From: Octopus bimaculoides
Lineage: Eukaryota
Direction: 5' to 3'
NCBI RefSeq assembly: GCF_001194135.2
Contig: NC_068987.1
Location: forward strand, 16,041,021 to 16,105,020
Length of the DNA: 64,000 bases
The notes below the pieces were generated by a model that was given only the letters and a program-made list of their open reading frames with translations, was not told where the DNA came from and made no database searches. The translations under genes were made by a program, and so were the position numbers. Within the stretch, counting starts at the first letter, position 1. Each line of letters starts with the position of its first letter. Positions 14,108 to 28,643 of this stretch are shown piece after piece.

Positions 14108-14456
14108 TGAAACTTGGGACACTGGTAGAATGTGTCATATAAAACATCTTTTACTCTTAGTCTTCTTAACAAAAAAAATCTACATCGCAAGTTATTCCAT
14201 GTTAAAGTTGTCGTATTTCTGTAATTTTAACCAATCACTGACGTCTATTCAGCTGAATAGAGTTACTGCTGGGCGGTCATAAAAATGTTATTCCCTGTGA
14301 CATATTTCATCCGGTTTAATCGTAATTTATACACATATATTGTTTATATAATAAATTACGCTGTGCATATCTATGTGTGTAACAATTTTAGAGTTCGGAT
14401 TCTAGAGTTAGGGTTAACAGTCTAGTTAGGGTTAGGGTTAGGGGATTAATACGATA
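14108..14456 (+). repeat. Unclassified dispersed repeat carrying short TTAGGG arrays (copy 1, runs into a gap)
   Basis: About 150 nt closely match 30843-30990 (GAAACTTGG.ACACTGGTAGAATGTGTCATATAAAACATC...AACCAATCACTGACGTC); TTAGGG units at 14408 and 14426-14443. Confidence 0.75.
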
Positions 14457-14824
14457 NNNNNNNNNNNNNNNNNNNNNNNNNNNNNNNNNNNNNNNNNNNN
14501 NNNNNNNNNNNNNNNNNNNNNNNNNNNNNNNNNNNNNNNNNNNNNNNNNNNNNNNNNNNNNNNNNNNNNNNNNNNNNNNNNNNNNNNNNNNNNNNNNNNN
14601 NNNNNNNNNNNNNNNNNNNNNNNNNNNNNNNNNNNNNNNNNNNNNNNNNNNNNNNNNNNNNNNNNNNNNNNNNNNNNNNNNNNNNNNNNNNNNNNNNNNN
14701 NNNNNNNNNNNNNNNNNNNNNNNNNNNNNNNNNNNNNNNNNNNNNNNNNNNNNNNNNNNNNNNNNNNNNNNNNNNNNNNNNNNNNNNNNNNNNNNNNNNN
14801 NNNNNNNNNNNNNNNNNNNNNNNN
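14457..14824. other. Assembly gap inside an Asx intron
   Basis: N run. Other gaps: 20088-20135, 26764-26873, 50813-50821, 51712-51780. Confidence 1.
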
Positions 14825-14881
<57 letters not shown>

Positions 14882-15273
14882 GTGTACAGATATTTAAATG
14901 AGTATACCATCTGAATATCACCATTTATATAGAGTTCTTCTTTAAAAAAAGATAAGTAAATCGTTTATCAGTCTTTGTTATAAATTTTCTACACATAAAT
15001 GTAAATAAAGAAAAAAATGTTTATAGATGTCTGTGAGGAAATGAAATTAAAAGTGAACATATATCTGAACAGAGAAAGCAGAGCCTGAATTGATAGAATA
15101 CTAGACAGAGAGACAAAGAGGTTAGCAGTTCATGTGTTACCACTAGCTTTGAATTGTGACCTTGATGGAGAAACTGCACTCAGCTTTTAAATCTTCCACA
15201 CAATGTAGTGTAGTTGTTTGCTGTTAACTGAAGTAAGAATATAAAGTAGATAATTTGTTGCATTAGCTTATAG

Positions 15274-15313
<40 letters not shown>

Positions 15314-17477
15314 GTACTGTTGAGTTACCTTAGATACACTACTATATAAAGACAGTTATTCAGTGGTGATCCTGTAGATTTGAACAATAAGGAAATACTT
15401 TCTGCAAATTTCTTAATGTTGTTCAAGAACATGATTCAATTTATTTATTGCAAAGTGTGTTTTGTTTTATGGATGCACTCTTTTTCATGTTACAATTTAG
15501 CAGCAATAAATTATCTTTTAAATGTTTGCTTTGCTCTAATTTGTACAGCAAATGCTATTTACCACCTAGAGCTTTCACTTTTATCTTTTCATTAAAAACC
15601 TATAACGGAGAAAAGAATTGGTTTCATGTAAATTAAAGAGAAGTGAAATTAATGATCAGTCATCGAACATACGCTGTTTGTGCTTGTTGGAAACACTCTA
15701 TTATGGGAGGGAAGAGAATTATTGTAACCAATTATTAATCTTTGTAAATTGACCATTAGGAAAACTTTAAATAAGAAACGCAGTTTGTCATTATTAATTC
15801 CATAAGATTGTCTCACCTCTCATTATATGCACAGAAATATCTGGAAACATTTTGATATATAATTAGTTGAACACAACAGAAAGAAAATATTTTCATTTTT
15901 ATTTTGCTACAGTTTAGATTCTTTATTTAATAAATAATGGTTCTTCTATCCTAACACGATGATAGTGAACTGTCAGACAAAACGTTAGCATTTATGACTG
16001 CAAACTCTGATTGAATACTTTGCTAGAATATTTCTAAAAATCAAACAACAGTGATTTATTCTTATAACAATCTAGCATTTTTCCATGGTATTACTATTGG
16101 ATTGTCGTCTCTATTCACTGCAATCAGCTTCCCCTCCTAATTAATCAAATAGCATAGTCATGTAATAGCATCTTGCATCTGTAAGGATGTGATGCCCGCA
16201 CATACAATGTCTACATTCCGTTCATCATCCATTGCTGAACAGCTGTGATGTTTAATCACAAGTTAGCCTTTGTGTGTGTGTGTGTGTTTGTGTTTGTGTG
16301 TGTTGGCGAAGGGTTTACACATGCACAAACTTGTCTTCCAATTGTTTTAGAAGAAGAGAATGTACCACCAAGGTGCATGATATCCAAGGGAGGTAATTCA
16401 GGCAACCCCCTTCTCCTCCTCTATAAAACACTAAGTTAATTATAGTGCTTACATGGAATAACTATTAAATATAACATTATTCTGTTTTTGTGTTTTTCTC
16501 TCTCCATAATTGAAAAGTTTCCTTGTATTGATTTGAAAGGAAATCTCAAATAAGACGGTAGAAACCTAACAGAATATCAAAAGAAAAAAAATCAACAATT
16601 TTTATAATCAGGGAAAAATTCGTCTGAAGAACATTAAATTGGTCTTTATAAAACAAAAATAAAATACAAATCTAGAAGCGTGTGTGTGAGTGAGAAAGAG
16701 AGAAAGAGAGAGAATTACATCAGTAAATTTCAAACAACCGAAATACCTCATGGTGATCCAATAGCAGGTTGTACAACACAGACTGTTGCAGATCATCACA
16801 GCTAGCCATAAATTGCTTGACTAAAACAAAAGACACAGTCTCTTAAACAGAATGTTATAAAGCATCTCCAATTGATCTGACTTAATATTCTGTGCACACT
16901 GGCTCGGTTGTTCTCAAAATGTTGTGTAATTTTTGTATTGCAGCGGCAATGCAGTTATTTAGTGATTAGATATTCCTATTTATTTATCCATGGTTTTCAT
17001 CTCTTTTATTATTAATTCACTGTTTTGACAGCAGCCACAGGGAAAGAAGTTGGTGGGTGGTGAAAAGTTATTTGTTTTGTAATAACATATACCATCTTAG
17101 ATAATATATTTGGAAAATGTAACAATATCGACATCTATTTCAGTGTGATAACCAGACTTTTCTTTCTCTATTTTTCTCTTTTTTTTCCTTCTTTGAAAAT
17201 CCTTTGATATCTTCATACCTCACAATAAAATTGTTACTTGGATGATAAGTAAATGAAAATAAAGAAATAGTTGACAGATTTTTCTGATATTCAGGAGAAA
17301 AGGTCTAGCCAGTCCTATGTTACTATTGACTTTTCAAGGCAAATATATTTATATATATATATATTTTTTTTTGCGAACATTTAATCCAAGTTTCCATGGA
17401 TTACCAGCTTCCAAATTATCGTCAAATGGTGGTCACCCATTGTGTTGTTGTTGTTGTTTTTTTTTTTCTTCTTACAG

Positions 17478-17858
17478 TATGTGGAGGAGGTGGAGGTGGC
17501 GGGGGAGAGGGAGGAGAAAGTTTAGCCAGTCCTGATAGTCAATCTCAGGAAGTCCTAGTCCAGCAGCTGCCTGTGACCACAACTCCCGTTTTGCAGCTGC
17601 AGCAGTCGAATGGGGAGCAGCCGGTTCAGGTGGCTGGTACTGAATCCAAAGATGTCACTTCCTTGGGTCCAGCCAGTGTGGTTACCATGTCCAACGTGAC
17701 AACTTGTAGTTCGATCTCTGCGGTTCCCAGAACTTTACCAGCCAGCACAGACGGAGGTGATACTGTAAAGGAAGCAGCAATTCCCATAGCAAGCACCCCA
17801 ACTGTGTCAGACATCCCTGGCAGACGAAATATCAGGCAGGCTTTGCGACCTAAGCGAT
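17478..17858 (+). CDS. Asx: Asx/ASXL internal exon (VCGGGG...RRNIRQALRPKR, phase 1 to 1)
   Basis: Strong acceptor ttttcttcttacag|; GC-richer open frame inside ORF 17396-17896; donor CGAT|GTAAAT; phases fit both neighbours. Confidence 0.75.
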
Positions 17859-19171
17859 GTAAATATTCCAATTATTTCCATTTTTTTCTCTTTTGATCTT
17901 TTGTGACTGTGAAAAGAACCAGCAAACTCATGCTTTATTAAACTTTTACGCGTTTGTTTATCTTTTGCCCCAGGTGAAAAAAAAAAAAAAAAAGAAAGAA
18001 AGAAAGAAAAAGAAATTCCTTAATTTTTTTTATTTATTTATTAGTTTCTTTTTGGTTTTTTTTCCTTCCCCATTTATTGTGGTTGAAATGTTTGATTCTA
18101 ATCATGATTAACAGACATTGGTTGTTATTTAGTTGGAATGTAGTTTGGCTTGCTGATAATGCACTGGATTCTTGCACATTAAATCTATTGTTCTCCCCCT
18201 CCCCCCTCCTACTTTTGCCTATCCTTCTATCTCCACCTGTCTGTCTATCTCCCTTCCGTTGGTTTAGTACTTGCAGAGAGATAACAAGAACTAACATCTT
18301 ATGTAGTGTGTTATGAAGCTTAGAATATCTTTATTATTTTTTTGGTTTGATACATGCTTGCACACATAGAGATTTTTGGTATGCATATGTCCATGCACAT
18401 GCGTAGGCAACCGAGTGCATGCACACACATTCACATACAAAGTGTCTGTAATATCTGGGAGTAACTATGCTCATTTCTTATAGCATGCACACACATACAC
18501 TTAGCAGAACTATCTAAACTAATACAGTTTAGATGTTTTTTTGCAAAGTTAGGTATTTATTATCAAGTGAGACTTGTTTGAAAATAGATTTTGGTAAGAT
18601 TATTATGCATGATTTAAACCTATCAGTCAGCTGCTTATGATGTGAATTCATTGCTGTTGTGTTTCTTTGGAACCATAAATGGCACTGTATTTGTTTATAA
18701 CCATTTTGTTAACAAACATGAGCTGTTCCACCAGAAGCTAGCCTAAGCTTCTAAGTTGAATTTTCCATGCTGTTGTCTTAGTTGCTCTTTGTTATGCTAT
18801 TTATTCTATGCTGGTCTGTTATTTCAGTATTCATCTTGAAGGCACAGGCATAGCTGTGTGGTTAAGAAGTTTATTTTTGTAATCACATGGTCTTGGGTGC
18901 AGCCCTGACTGTGTGACACCTTGGGACAAGTGCCTTGTGAATGAAATTGGTTGAAAGAGATTGTATTAGAGCCCGTGGTGTGTGTGTGTGTGAGGAGAGA
19001 GAAAGATGTCATTTTCTGCTTTGCACAAGATTGTCTGCTGAGGAGGGTGTGGAAACCAATGTCATGTTTGCTTTGAAGTTTAGCTTGTAATTTCCTGAAT
19101 CTGTCAAAACCTACTCGATGTACTTTATCTCATCTCATTTTACCATCCTTACTGTAAAATACACCAGTTTG

Positions 19172-19400
19172 AGCATGGCCGTTGCCAGTACCTCCTGACT
19201 GGCCTTCGTGCCGGTGGCATGTAAAAGCACTCACTACACTCTCGGAATGGTTGGCATTAGGAAGGGCATCCACCTGTAGAAACTCTGCCAGATCAGATTG
19301 GAGTCTGGTGTAGCCATCTGGCTCACCAGTCCTCAGTCAAATTGTCCAACCCATGCTAGCATGGAAAGCGGATGTTAAACGATGATGATGATGATGATGA
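19172..19400 (+). mobile_element. RTE-family 3' tail copy
   Basis: One UTR repeat unit plus the conserved 3' segment and (GAT)n tail. Confidence 0.85.
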
Positions 19401-21972
19401 CTGATCCCACAACAAACATTATGTTTGTAGAGTACTCCCTATGTTCATCATTTTCATCACTAATTCCAGTCTACAGAAGCTGAAGCTGATTCACAACTTA
19501 GCTGTTGTTACCTTCCCGTCTTGTGGTATCTGCATAAACTCTAGTTTTAAGGCAACTAAAACAATGTTATCATATAATAGATCTTGAGAAAATATCTGAT
19601 TTCACTAGGGTGTTTCATCATTAAGCCATTTGGTCAGTGCTATCTCCAGCCTTGTATAAATGTATTTGAGCTTCATTTCCTCAAGCTTCCAAAAGCTTCT
19701 GAATAACAGAATCAACACAAATACGAATTTGTTGTTTCATGTGAAAATGTACTGCAAATCTGACATATACAAAGCAAAAAAAAAATATTACATTGCACAA
19801 ATTATTTATGTTGGAACTTAGAAAGTCTAGCCTTGCAGATAGAATTTAGATACACTTAGGACCTCAGCTGTTGAATGAAACCTGCCCAATTTATGTCAGT
19901 ATGAATAACAACAATAACAATACTAAATTGTAGAGTAACTCAAACTTATTTTAGTACAGAACATTTATATGAGAAAATATAAGAGAAAGTGAAGTGTCCA
20001 CACAGCCCTGGGTGGTGTCAATTTTGGTTGTTCTTGAATGTATTGCTCTTTTGGGACTACTCATTTTAATTATCCCCCCCCCCCCCCNNNNNNNNNNNNN
20101 NNNNNNNNNNNNNNNNNNNNNNNNNNNNNNNNNNNCCTCAGTACTGTCCATCCGCTACTTCTACCCATAAGATGTTGTTTCTCTTGCTTGCACATATTTT
20201 ATTTGTATGCACGAGAAATTTAAAGATGGATTTCATTTTCAAATTCTATCAATTGTTTTCGCTGGTTATATTTTTTCCTCTTCTGTTGCTTGCTAATAAC
20301 AGAAGTTTAAGATTTCCAGTAAACAGGCAAGGCTTGTATGCTGCATTCTGGTGCTTAGCACATATTGAAAGCAATATGTAGATAGTATTAATGGCATTTA
20401 GCCACCACTGACCTCAAACTTCTCAAGTATTATTGCTCTACTGAGTCTGTGTTAGATTCTATAAGTTGTTTTGTAGCTGATAATAAAAAAAAAAGAAGAG
20501 ATTATTTGAAATGATTTCTTAGATGAATTTATCCATTGTAAAACAGGGTTACAAATTAAGTTTAAACTATATCCTTTATGTAACTCACTTACCAGTTAAC
20601 TCCTAAGTATTTGCTTAGCAATGAAGTTAAAAATTCTTCGTTTATTATTATTATTATTATTATTATTTACTTTTTTACTCTGCTGACAGAATATTTTGAC
20701 CATTATAATTTAGAGAAAGGTGGAGACAGAATTTTCCATCAAAATATAATTTAGTTAGGAAAAAGAAGGATAAAGACGGGGAAAATCTGCTCAGCTGTCA
20801 AACTTTTTTCAAGTCCAAAGACAGACAAATTTCATTTAATTCTTTCTGGTAATAATGAAGCAGTTTTAACTTTTGCTTTTGTAGCTCCCTTTTAATATCT
20901 TTAGAGTAAAAGCAAAAGTGATTGTGAATCTAAACCATTGACTGCAAGCTCTGCTGTTGTTGTTTAGTAATTCTGGGCCAAACGTGGTCCATTTACGTGT
21001 TAGTTTACTACCCTTGCTATAAGAGTAGATAAGACTTCTACTTTTGGATAGTGAACAGTAGAAAGGTGAGGTTATGTGGTTAGGAAGCTTGCTTCCCAAC
21101 CCTGTAGTCTTGGGTTCAGTCCCACTGCACTGCACCGCACCTTCAGCATGTGTCTTCTACTATAACCCTGGGCCAACCATAACCTTGCATGGATTTGGTA
21201 GATGGAAACTGAAAGCCTATTGTGTGTGTGTGCTTGCGTGCTTAGCCAAGTATCTTCCACTATAGCCCTGGGCCAACCAAATCCTCATAAGTGGATTTGA
21301 TAAATGGAAACTGAAGGAAGCCCATTGTGCACTCATGCATGTTTGTGTGTGTCTTGACACTGTGTGATGATTGTGAATGAGCATCATTATCATACAAGCA
21401 ATGTTATTCATTTCCTGTCTTCCCAAGGTGAAATATTACCTTGCTTGGAAACAAGAGTTGGCAACAGACAACATCTTGCTATGGAAAAATGGACATTATA
21501 TTATGATAATGATGATATTCCAATGTTCTAAAACTCTACATTGCTCCTGAACAGCATGAAAGATTGAATGCTAAAGAAAAATTAGTAAACCTAGTCGTTA
21601 TTTTGTTATATATTCTGAAACACTAAATACATTGATCAGCAATAATCATAACATTGCTTATTAAATCAGATATCAAATATGATATCTCTGTATTCTTTCC
21701 CATCAGATGTTGATGTTTTTACTATTTAGTCATTTGATGCTTAGCATGTGAAATATTTGTATGTGACTGAAATGAATGCTCTTTTGTGAACTCAGTATTA
21801 AAATTAGATATTAGTTCTTGTTTTTAGAATATTCCATAAGGAAAATTTGGCAGCCAGAATTATTGAATTTGTCTTGTCAATCAGTTTGTCACACTTTTTA
21901 TGGCACTGTGAATTGATGAGAAGTACATGCAGCTATGAATTCAGTTAATTTACTAGTGTGTCATAATCTTTA

Positions 21973-23051
21973 TCTATATTATACTAAAACTCAAAAGTTT
22001 GTCTGTTTTCCTGCCATTTGATTAAGATGATAAAGATTGCAAATACAATAGTCATTTCCCCCTTTAAGAAAAAAATCAAGTTGAAAATGTTGACACTTCA
22101 AAGAGTCCGCCCAGCGACCACTGTCTGTCCTTTTTTCTTAGTTTCTTTTTTCTTCTTCTCTTAATTATTTATACAACTTTCAAGTGTTATAAACTGAAAG
22201 AGAAAATTTCCCTGTATTTTTACAAAATATTTTTGAATCACGGGTACTTGAGTTTTTTTTTTTTAAATTTTTCTTAAACGGGAAAATTACTATTTTATTT
22301 AAAATACAATATTAATCTTTATCATCTTAATCAAAAGGCAGAAAAACAGACAATGAGACTGTCTCTTTATAGACGATCAGTTGCAATGGGAGGAGTTGAA
22401 TCTTATAAGAATGGAAAAACAAACAACAAATGGATTGTATCTTATGAAATTCTTTTGAAAGAATTCAAATGCCTCTGCAACATTGAAATCGTTACCTCAA
22501 TGAGGTCAATTAAGTACATCATCAAGTACATACTGAAAGGAAATGACCAAACTGCTATCCAAATAAACAATGATAACAAAATTAGTCAATATCTTATGGG
22601 TAGGTATATTGGACCATCTGAAGCAGTTGCATCCATTTTAAGATATTCAATTCATGAATGAGTACCTGTAATAGTGAAACTGCAAGCTCATATATCAGAT
22701 GAACAAAGAATATTGCTCAGAAAGAATGAAGATATATATGGCTGTCAATGAATGACATGAGAACAACATTGATGGAATTTTTTCCATTGTGCATCAGTGA
22801 TGACTTTGTAAAGCATTATTTTATGTTGAAGTACCCATAAGCGAAGAAAAAAAAGTTGAAGCCCATTTGAACATTTTCAAAGAAGAAACACTTGGTTGTG
22901 ATTATGTTGTTACACCAAAGGCAGGAGAACTGTAGTATTTAAGAATTTTATCATATGAAGTTCGAAATAGTATTTTTTCCTTTGCCGCCGTGCATCGACA
23001 TCTTCAACTTGGAGTGGTTGTGACCCAAAAGATTACGGTGGGTACATCTAG
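21973..23051 (+). mobile_element. Internally deleted Helitron with both termini
   Basis: A|TCTATATTATACTAAAAC 5' end and CTAG|T 3' end. Internal Rep-like remnants NIEIVTSMRSIKYIIKYILKGND, RYIGPSEA, TTLMEFF, YVEVP, PKAGEL.YLRIL. Confidence 0.85.
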
Positions 23052-23330
23052 TATTTGTATAAAAGAAGACACCTCCTCCTCATCATCATCACTGTTTAAC
23101 TTCTGTCTTCCATGCTAGCATGGGTTGGATGGGTTGGATAGTTTGATAGGAACTGGCAAGCCAAAGGACTGTGCCAAACACTTCGACATGGTTTCTTCAA
23201 CTGGATGCTTTTTTTAATATGGTACCAGAATCAGTGAGGACACCATTGGTATTATATAATTCAGTTGTTCAAATTAAGCTTTAAAAAAAAAACAACTTTT
23301 AAATACCACTATTACTAAATAGTAATAATG

Positions 23331-23361
<31 letters not shown>

Positions 23362-24689
23362 TAAATTGCTAGGAGATGGTGTATTCTTGTACATTTTTAT
23401 TTATTTGTTTAATAAATTTGGGTCTGTCTGTGTTTCACCAGAATTCAGAATATAAGTAAATGTATAAATGTTTCGGTTTCTTTTTGCTTTTTGTGGACAT
23501 ACAAAAAAGAAAACAAGGTATGTATGTGGAATCAGTGTGGGAAATTACCCTCTTCATCATCTATCTGCTTTTCATGCTGTCATGGGTTGGATGGCTGTCA
23601 CTGTCTAAGTTCTTCACAGTGGCTATCCTCTTCCTAGACTGATTGTAGGACCATATCCTACTTGCACACTTCAGTTATGACTTGGTTTCTACAGCCAGGT
23701 GTTCTTCCTTTCACCATCCAACTCCCAGAGCGTACTTGGTGTACTTTCATTTAGGCACAAGCACTTGAGATCATTGTTATCACCCCCATCTAACATTCAT
23801 GTTCCATGCTGGCTTAAGTTGGACATTTTGCTAGAATTTTAACAAGTGCAAGGACTGCATCATGCATCAGAGATGTATTGTAAGATATTGTAAATTAATC
23901 CAATTCATTTCTAATTAATTTGGGGTAGAAAATAAAGATAGCAAGATTTGAAATTGTTACCAGTTGATGTGTTGGGTTCTGTTGATAGCACCAAGCTTAG
24001 TTGTTAATAACCATTAGTCACATATTAACCTAATATATTAGCAATATTGAGATTTCGTCAACACTTAACTAGTATATTAAGAAAATCTGTTTGTTTTTGA
24101 CAGTTCACAATAAATAAGCTTTGAGGTGTTTTTCTTTATATATGCAAAAATCTGTGAGCGATACAAAATAATTGCAGGAATAAACTTCTTTAAAAGAATT
24201 TGCCCTTGTAGAACTAGAAAATCAACTTCACAGAAAAGCCTGATTTAAATACTTGTTTCAGTATTGCAGTTACATGTGTATTTTGTTGAAGGTAACCTTC
24301 TCAGGACTGTAGCTGATCTCTCTGTAATGACAAACTGAGGTCACTTCAGATAGATTAAGTCTTTGTGTGTGTGCGCACGCGCGTGCACTCACGTTGGTGG
24401 AGTAGTACAACACATCTACAAGTGTACCTGTATATGCTTTCTTATGAACTGTCAGATACAATAATATTGCTTCTTTTGTACAAATAATAATAAATTTCTA
24501 GGTTTTATTTTGCCTTGTTTATAAAATTGACTGGATCTTTTTATATTCTTATGACTGGGAGACTAGTACTGAGAGAGAGGTGGAGGGTATACAACATGTC
24601 CATAAAGTCCCTATCTATTTTAATGAAGCAATGTTAAAACTACATCAAAGATATATAATTATAGAATGAAAGATAAGTAACACTGTTGG

Positions 24690-25660
24690 AAAAGTTTCAA
24701 GGTTGGAGTTCAACATGGCAGTCATCAGTGTCCCTTACACTGGTCTGTTTGTGCAGCAGGATTTTCCAAACATGTCCTTAACATTGTCATCTGCAGCATT
24801 TCATATATGTTCATGTGAATTCTCCAGAGTCGTAATTTTTGTTTGGTCAGCTTGCAATTTTGAGAAAGTCACTGGTAAAGAAAACCAAAGAAGTTACATT
24901 TGGGCATTTAGATGGCTGTCATCTGTTATTCTCATATCCTTTTCATCAATTTTGAAGCAGCTCATGTAGGTATTCTTGAATAATTGGGGAATAATTTTGT
25001 TGAAATGAATCAATGTTAATTATCTCATCTGCAGTCAACTATAGCTCAAAGGATTTTGCTGTAAAATGTCAAGCTAGACAGATCCTCTAATTGGGTAAAG
25101 AAGGAAAAAAAGTCCAGTTATCTTACATTTTGTCATACCAATCTGGGCATTATCCTTGGACAAGTCCCTTTCATATTGTTGGACAAAGTCCTTTGGATGT
25201 TCACCTGTCCAAATGTGATGATTTGCTTTCTCACATGTACAGAACATTGTTTCATCACTGCAAATAGTGTTATCCGTTAGATTTTCAGTGTGGATGTGAT
25301 CTACAAAATCAGAACTAGCTTACACTCTTTGCAGTGAAATTTCTACTCTTCTTTGTTTATGTGTAAATATCTTTTTCTGCTGGAGACAAGGCAGAGCAAC
25401 TGCTGAGATGTCATACCTACTGAGGTAGAAACAAATGTCCGCAACTGTTCTCTTGTTTCCAGACAATCAGACTGTCTTTTCTTTCTTGGCATTTCGGTTT
25501 TTGGGGAAATCCTTGACTCTTGAGATTATCTCCCCCTTCTCGTTTGGAGTGGCCATGAATTACCACCAAACAATTATTCTGCCTTCTCTGGAGACTAGAG
25601 ATGATTTCAATATATTCAAGATTATATCTTGTATGGTATTTAACATATCCTTTATATGTC
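24690..25660 (-). mobile_element. Highly decayed LINE endonuclease region (RTE-X-like)
   Basis: Only faint motif traces on the minus strand; many stops. Confidence 0.3.
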
Positions 25661-28147
25661 TTTGTCCAAATTAATGCCCCTAGCCACTGTGAATCATTTC
25701 TCTTAGCTCATTTTCATTTTCATTTATAATTGTGTGTGTGCACACATGCATAATCATGTGCATGTATGCGTGTGCATACATATATGTATGTATATACTTA
25801 TATATGAATAATGTTTTATCCTGAAATTGTTGTTATCAGTAGATGTACTATAACATTGCATTAAGATATAGTTGGTTGGTGTTTAATTTTCTGCTAGAAT
25901 GGGTGTTAACTAATTTTTATTTGCCAATATCAAGTTCTGTCCTTAAAGTTTATTTGTTTTTTGTTGTTGTTGTTTCGTAAACTAAAGCAATAATATTTCA
26001 GACTAAACTCTTCAGTTTTTGTATTTTTAAAATTTTATTTTCATTTTGCATTTTATTTGTTTGGATAAGAAGAGCATGCCATGTTGCTTCAGTTTCCATA
26101 CCACAGAAGCGTTATTCATTTCCAGTTATTAATAATTATATAACCATTCATTGCTTCTGTACAGCACCTTGGGCAAGTGTCTTCTACTTTACCTTAATTT
26201 GACAAATACTTTGGGAATGAAATTTGATAAGCAGGAGTTACTTGTCTTCCTACAAGCAAAGCTTGTACATTCATCTAGCTGGGCATTATAAGCCATCAAA
26301 CCTATACTGGTATGGAAAAGTGCAGATGTAAAATAAAGTTGATGATATATATATATATTTTTCTCAGTGTATGTTGGTGAAGGATATAAACATTGATTGG
26401 GAAAACTGAAAAAGAGCCATGTTTTCTGAACAAAGTCCTTAGCAATATTTGCTTTACACTGGGTTACACTCCCTCCCTTGTCACTCTCATCATTGGATAT
26501 ACAATGAATGCGGGATTAGGTTGTTCAAAACCTGTAACCACTGACATGGTTGTTCGCAATTTGACAACTTGTAGGTGCAGTGTTGTAAAAAGTTTGCTTC
26601 CCAGCCTCATGGATCTGGGTTCTATCCCACTGCATGGCACCTCGGGCAAGTATCTTCTACTATAGCTTTGAACTGAGCAAAGCCTTGTGAATGGATTTGG
26701 TAGACAGAAACTGTAAGAAGTCCATTGTGTGTGCATGTGCGTGCACCCCCACCCCACCCCCACNNNNNNNNNNNNNNNNNNNNNNNNNNNNNNNNNNNNN
26801 NNNNNNNNNNNNNNNNNNNNNNNNNNNNNNNNNNNNNNNNNNNNNNNNNNNNNNNNNNNNNNNNNNNNNNNNNGTCAGTTGGTGTTCGTGTTTTTACATC
26901 CCTATCAAAAGAATAAGTACCAGATTAAAAAAAAAAAAAAACAGGTTTGATTTGTTTGACTAAAATTCTTCTAGGCAGTGCCCCAGGATGGCTGCAGTCT
27001 AAAGGCTGAAACATGTGAATATATATATTATCATGTAAAAACAAAATTATCATGCTGTCATATATTTTCCTCCTCTGGATGGTCCCGTTCCTGTGATTTT
27101 GCTAGAATTCAATATTCAACATACAGGAGACGGACACACTTTCTACAGCACTTGCCTTCACTGCAACCAGCATCAAAGTGTATGATTGTGTGTGTATGTT
27201 GAGATAGAAACAAAGAATTAGCATGTTCTTACAGCTTTATCTCTTACAGTTGTTTATCATTAAAAGTTGTACTGAGGCTATTTTCTTTTACTTGATCCTG
27301 TCATTTGACAGTGGCCATCCTGGGGCACCCCCTTGAAGGGTTTAGTCAAACAAATCGACTCTAGTACTTTTTATGTTTTTTTAAGGTTGCTACTTATACT
27401 ATTGCTCTCTTTTGCTGAACTGCTAAGTTACAAGGATGTAAACAAACCAACACAAGTTGTCAAGTGCTGGAGAAGACACACACACAATATGCTTCCTTCC
27501 ATGCAGTTTCCATCTATCAAGTTCACTCACAACGCATTGATCAACACGGGGCTAGTAGGAACACACTTGCTGCACAGTGGGATTGAACCCAAAACCATGT
27601 GTTACAAAGCTTCTTAGGAAAGCACCAAACATTCATTTGGCCACTCCACGTCATATGTCTATTTCAGCAAAGCTGAGTTCAGTCCGTAGCATCTAGACTC
27701 TAACTCAAGAATTACCTAGGTTTCATTCATTTATTTATAAGTTAAGCAATTAGCTTTGAAAAAATAAATAAATAAAAATAGGTTGTGGATTTCCTGTAGA
27801 CTCAAATAATAGATGCATGTAGTATGATATTGCTGGGTTTTGTGACCTGAAATGATCGTTATCTTCTTTCATTATAATGCAGCCTGGTTAGTCAATTATT
27901 GTATAATGTCTTGGAATCTGTTTGGATCATGTATTCTATTTCGACCGAGGAACACCAATCTTGAAGCTTTATATATCTATAATGGTGAGATTATTACTAA
28001 GCTGTTGACTTTAGTGTCCGTTTCTTCTGACAACAGCATTGCTTTTGTTATGTCTTCTACTGTTATATCAAATACTGTCAAATAGGCATCACTTTATGTT
28101 GGAAGTGGTGCTGTAATACAGACTGTGGTTTCTTGATAAAATTGTCC

Positions 28148-28643
28148 GGCTGAGGTGGTGAGGCAAGACCTTCGTACATTGGGCCTCACCGAGGCGATGA
28201 CTACGGACCGAGACCTTTGGAAATGGGCTGTGCGTGAGAAGACCCGGCAAGCCAAGTAAGATCGTTGCCAGTGCCCCTGGACTGGTTCTTGTGCGGGTGG
28301 CACATGAGATGCACCATTTTGAGCGTGGCCGTTGCCAGTACCGCCTGACTGGCTCCTGTAGGATTTTCGAGCGAGATCGTTGCCAGTGCCCCTGGACTGG
28401 CTAGTGCGGGTGGCACATAAAAGACACCATTTCGAGCGTGGCCGTTTTCGTGCGGGTGACACGTAAAAGCACCCACTACACTCTCTGAGTGGTTGGCGTT
28501 AGGAAGGGCATCCAGCTGTAGAAACTCTGCCAAATCAGACTGGAGCCTGGTGTTGCCATCCGGTTTCACCAGTCCTCAGTCAAATCGTCCAACCCATGCT
28601 AGCATGGAAAGCGGACGTTAAACGATGATGATGATGATGATGA
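28148..28643 (+). mobile_element. RTE-clade LINE 3' end (ORF2 C-terminus, repeated 3' UTR, (GAT)n tail)
   Basis: EVVRQDLRTLGLTEAMTTDRDLWKWAVREKTRQAK*; conserved 3' segment ...AGGAAGGGCATCCAGCTGTAGAAACTCTGCC...GGAAAGCGGACGTTAAACGATGATG. Confidence 0.85.

Noticed and set aside
14408-14443. TTAGGG next to a gap read as a chromosome end
   Set aside because: Only 4 units, inside a gene intron and within a dispersed repeat that recurs at 31045.
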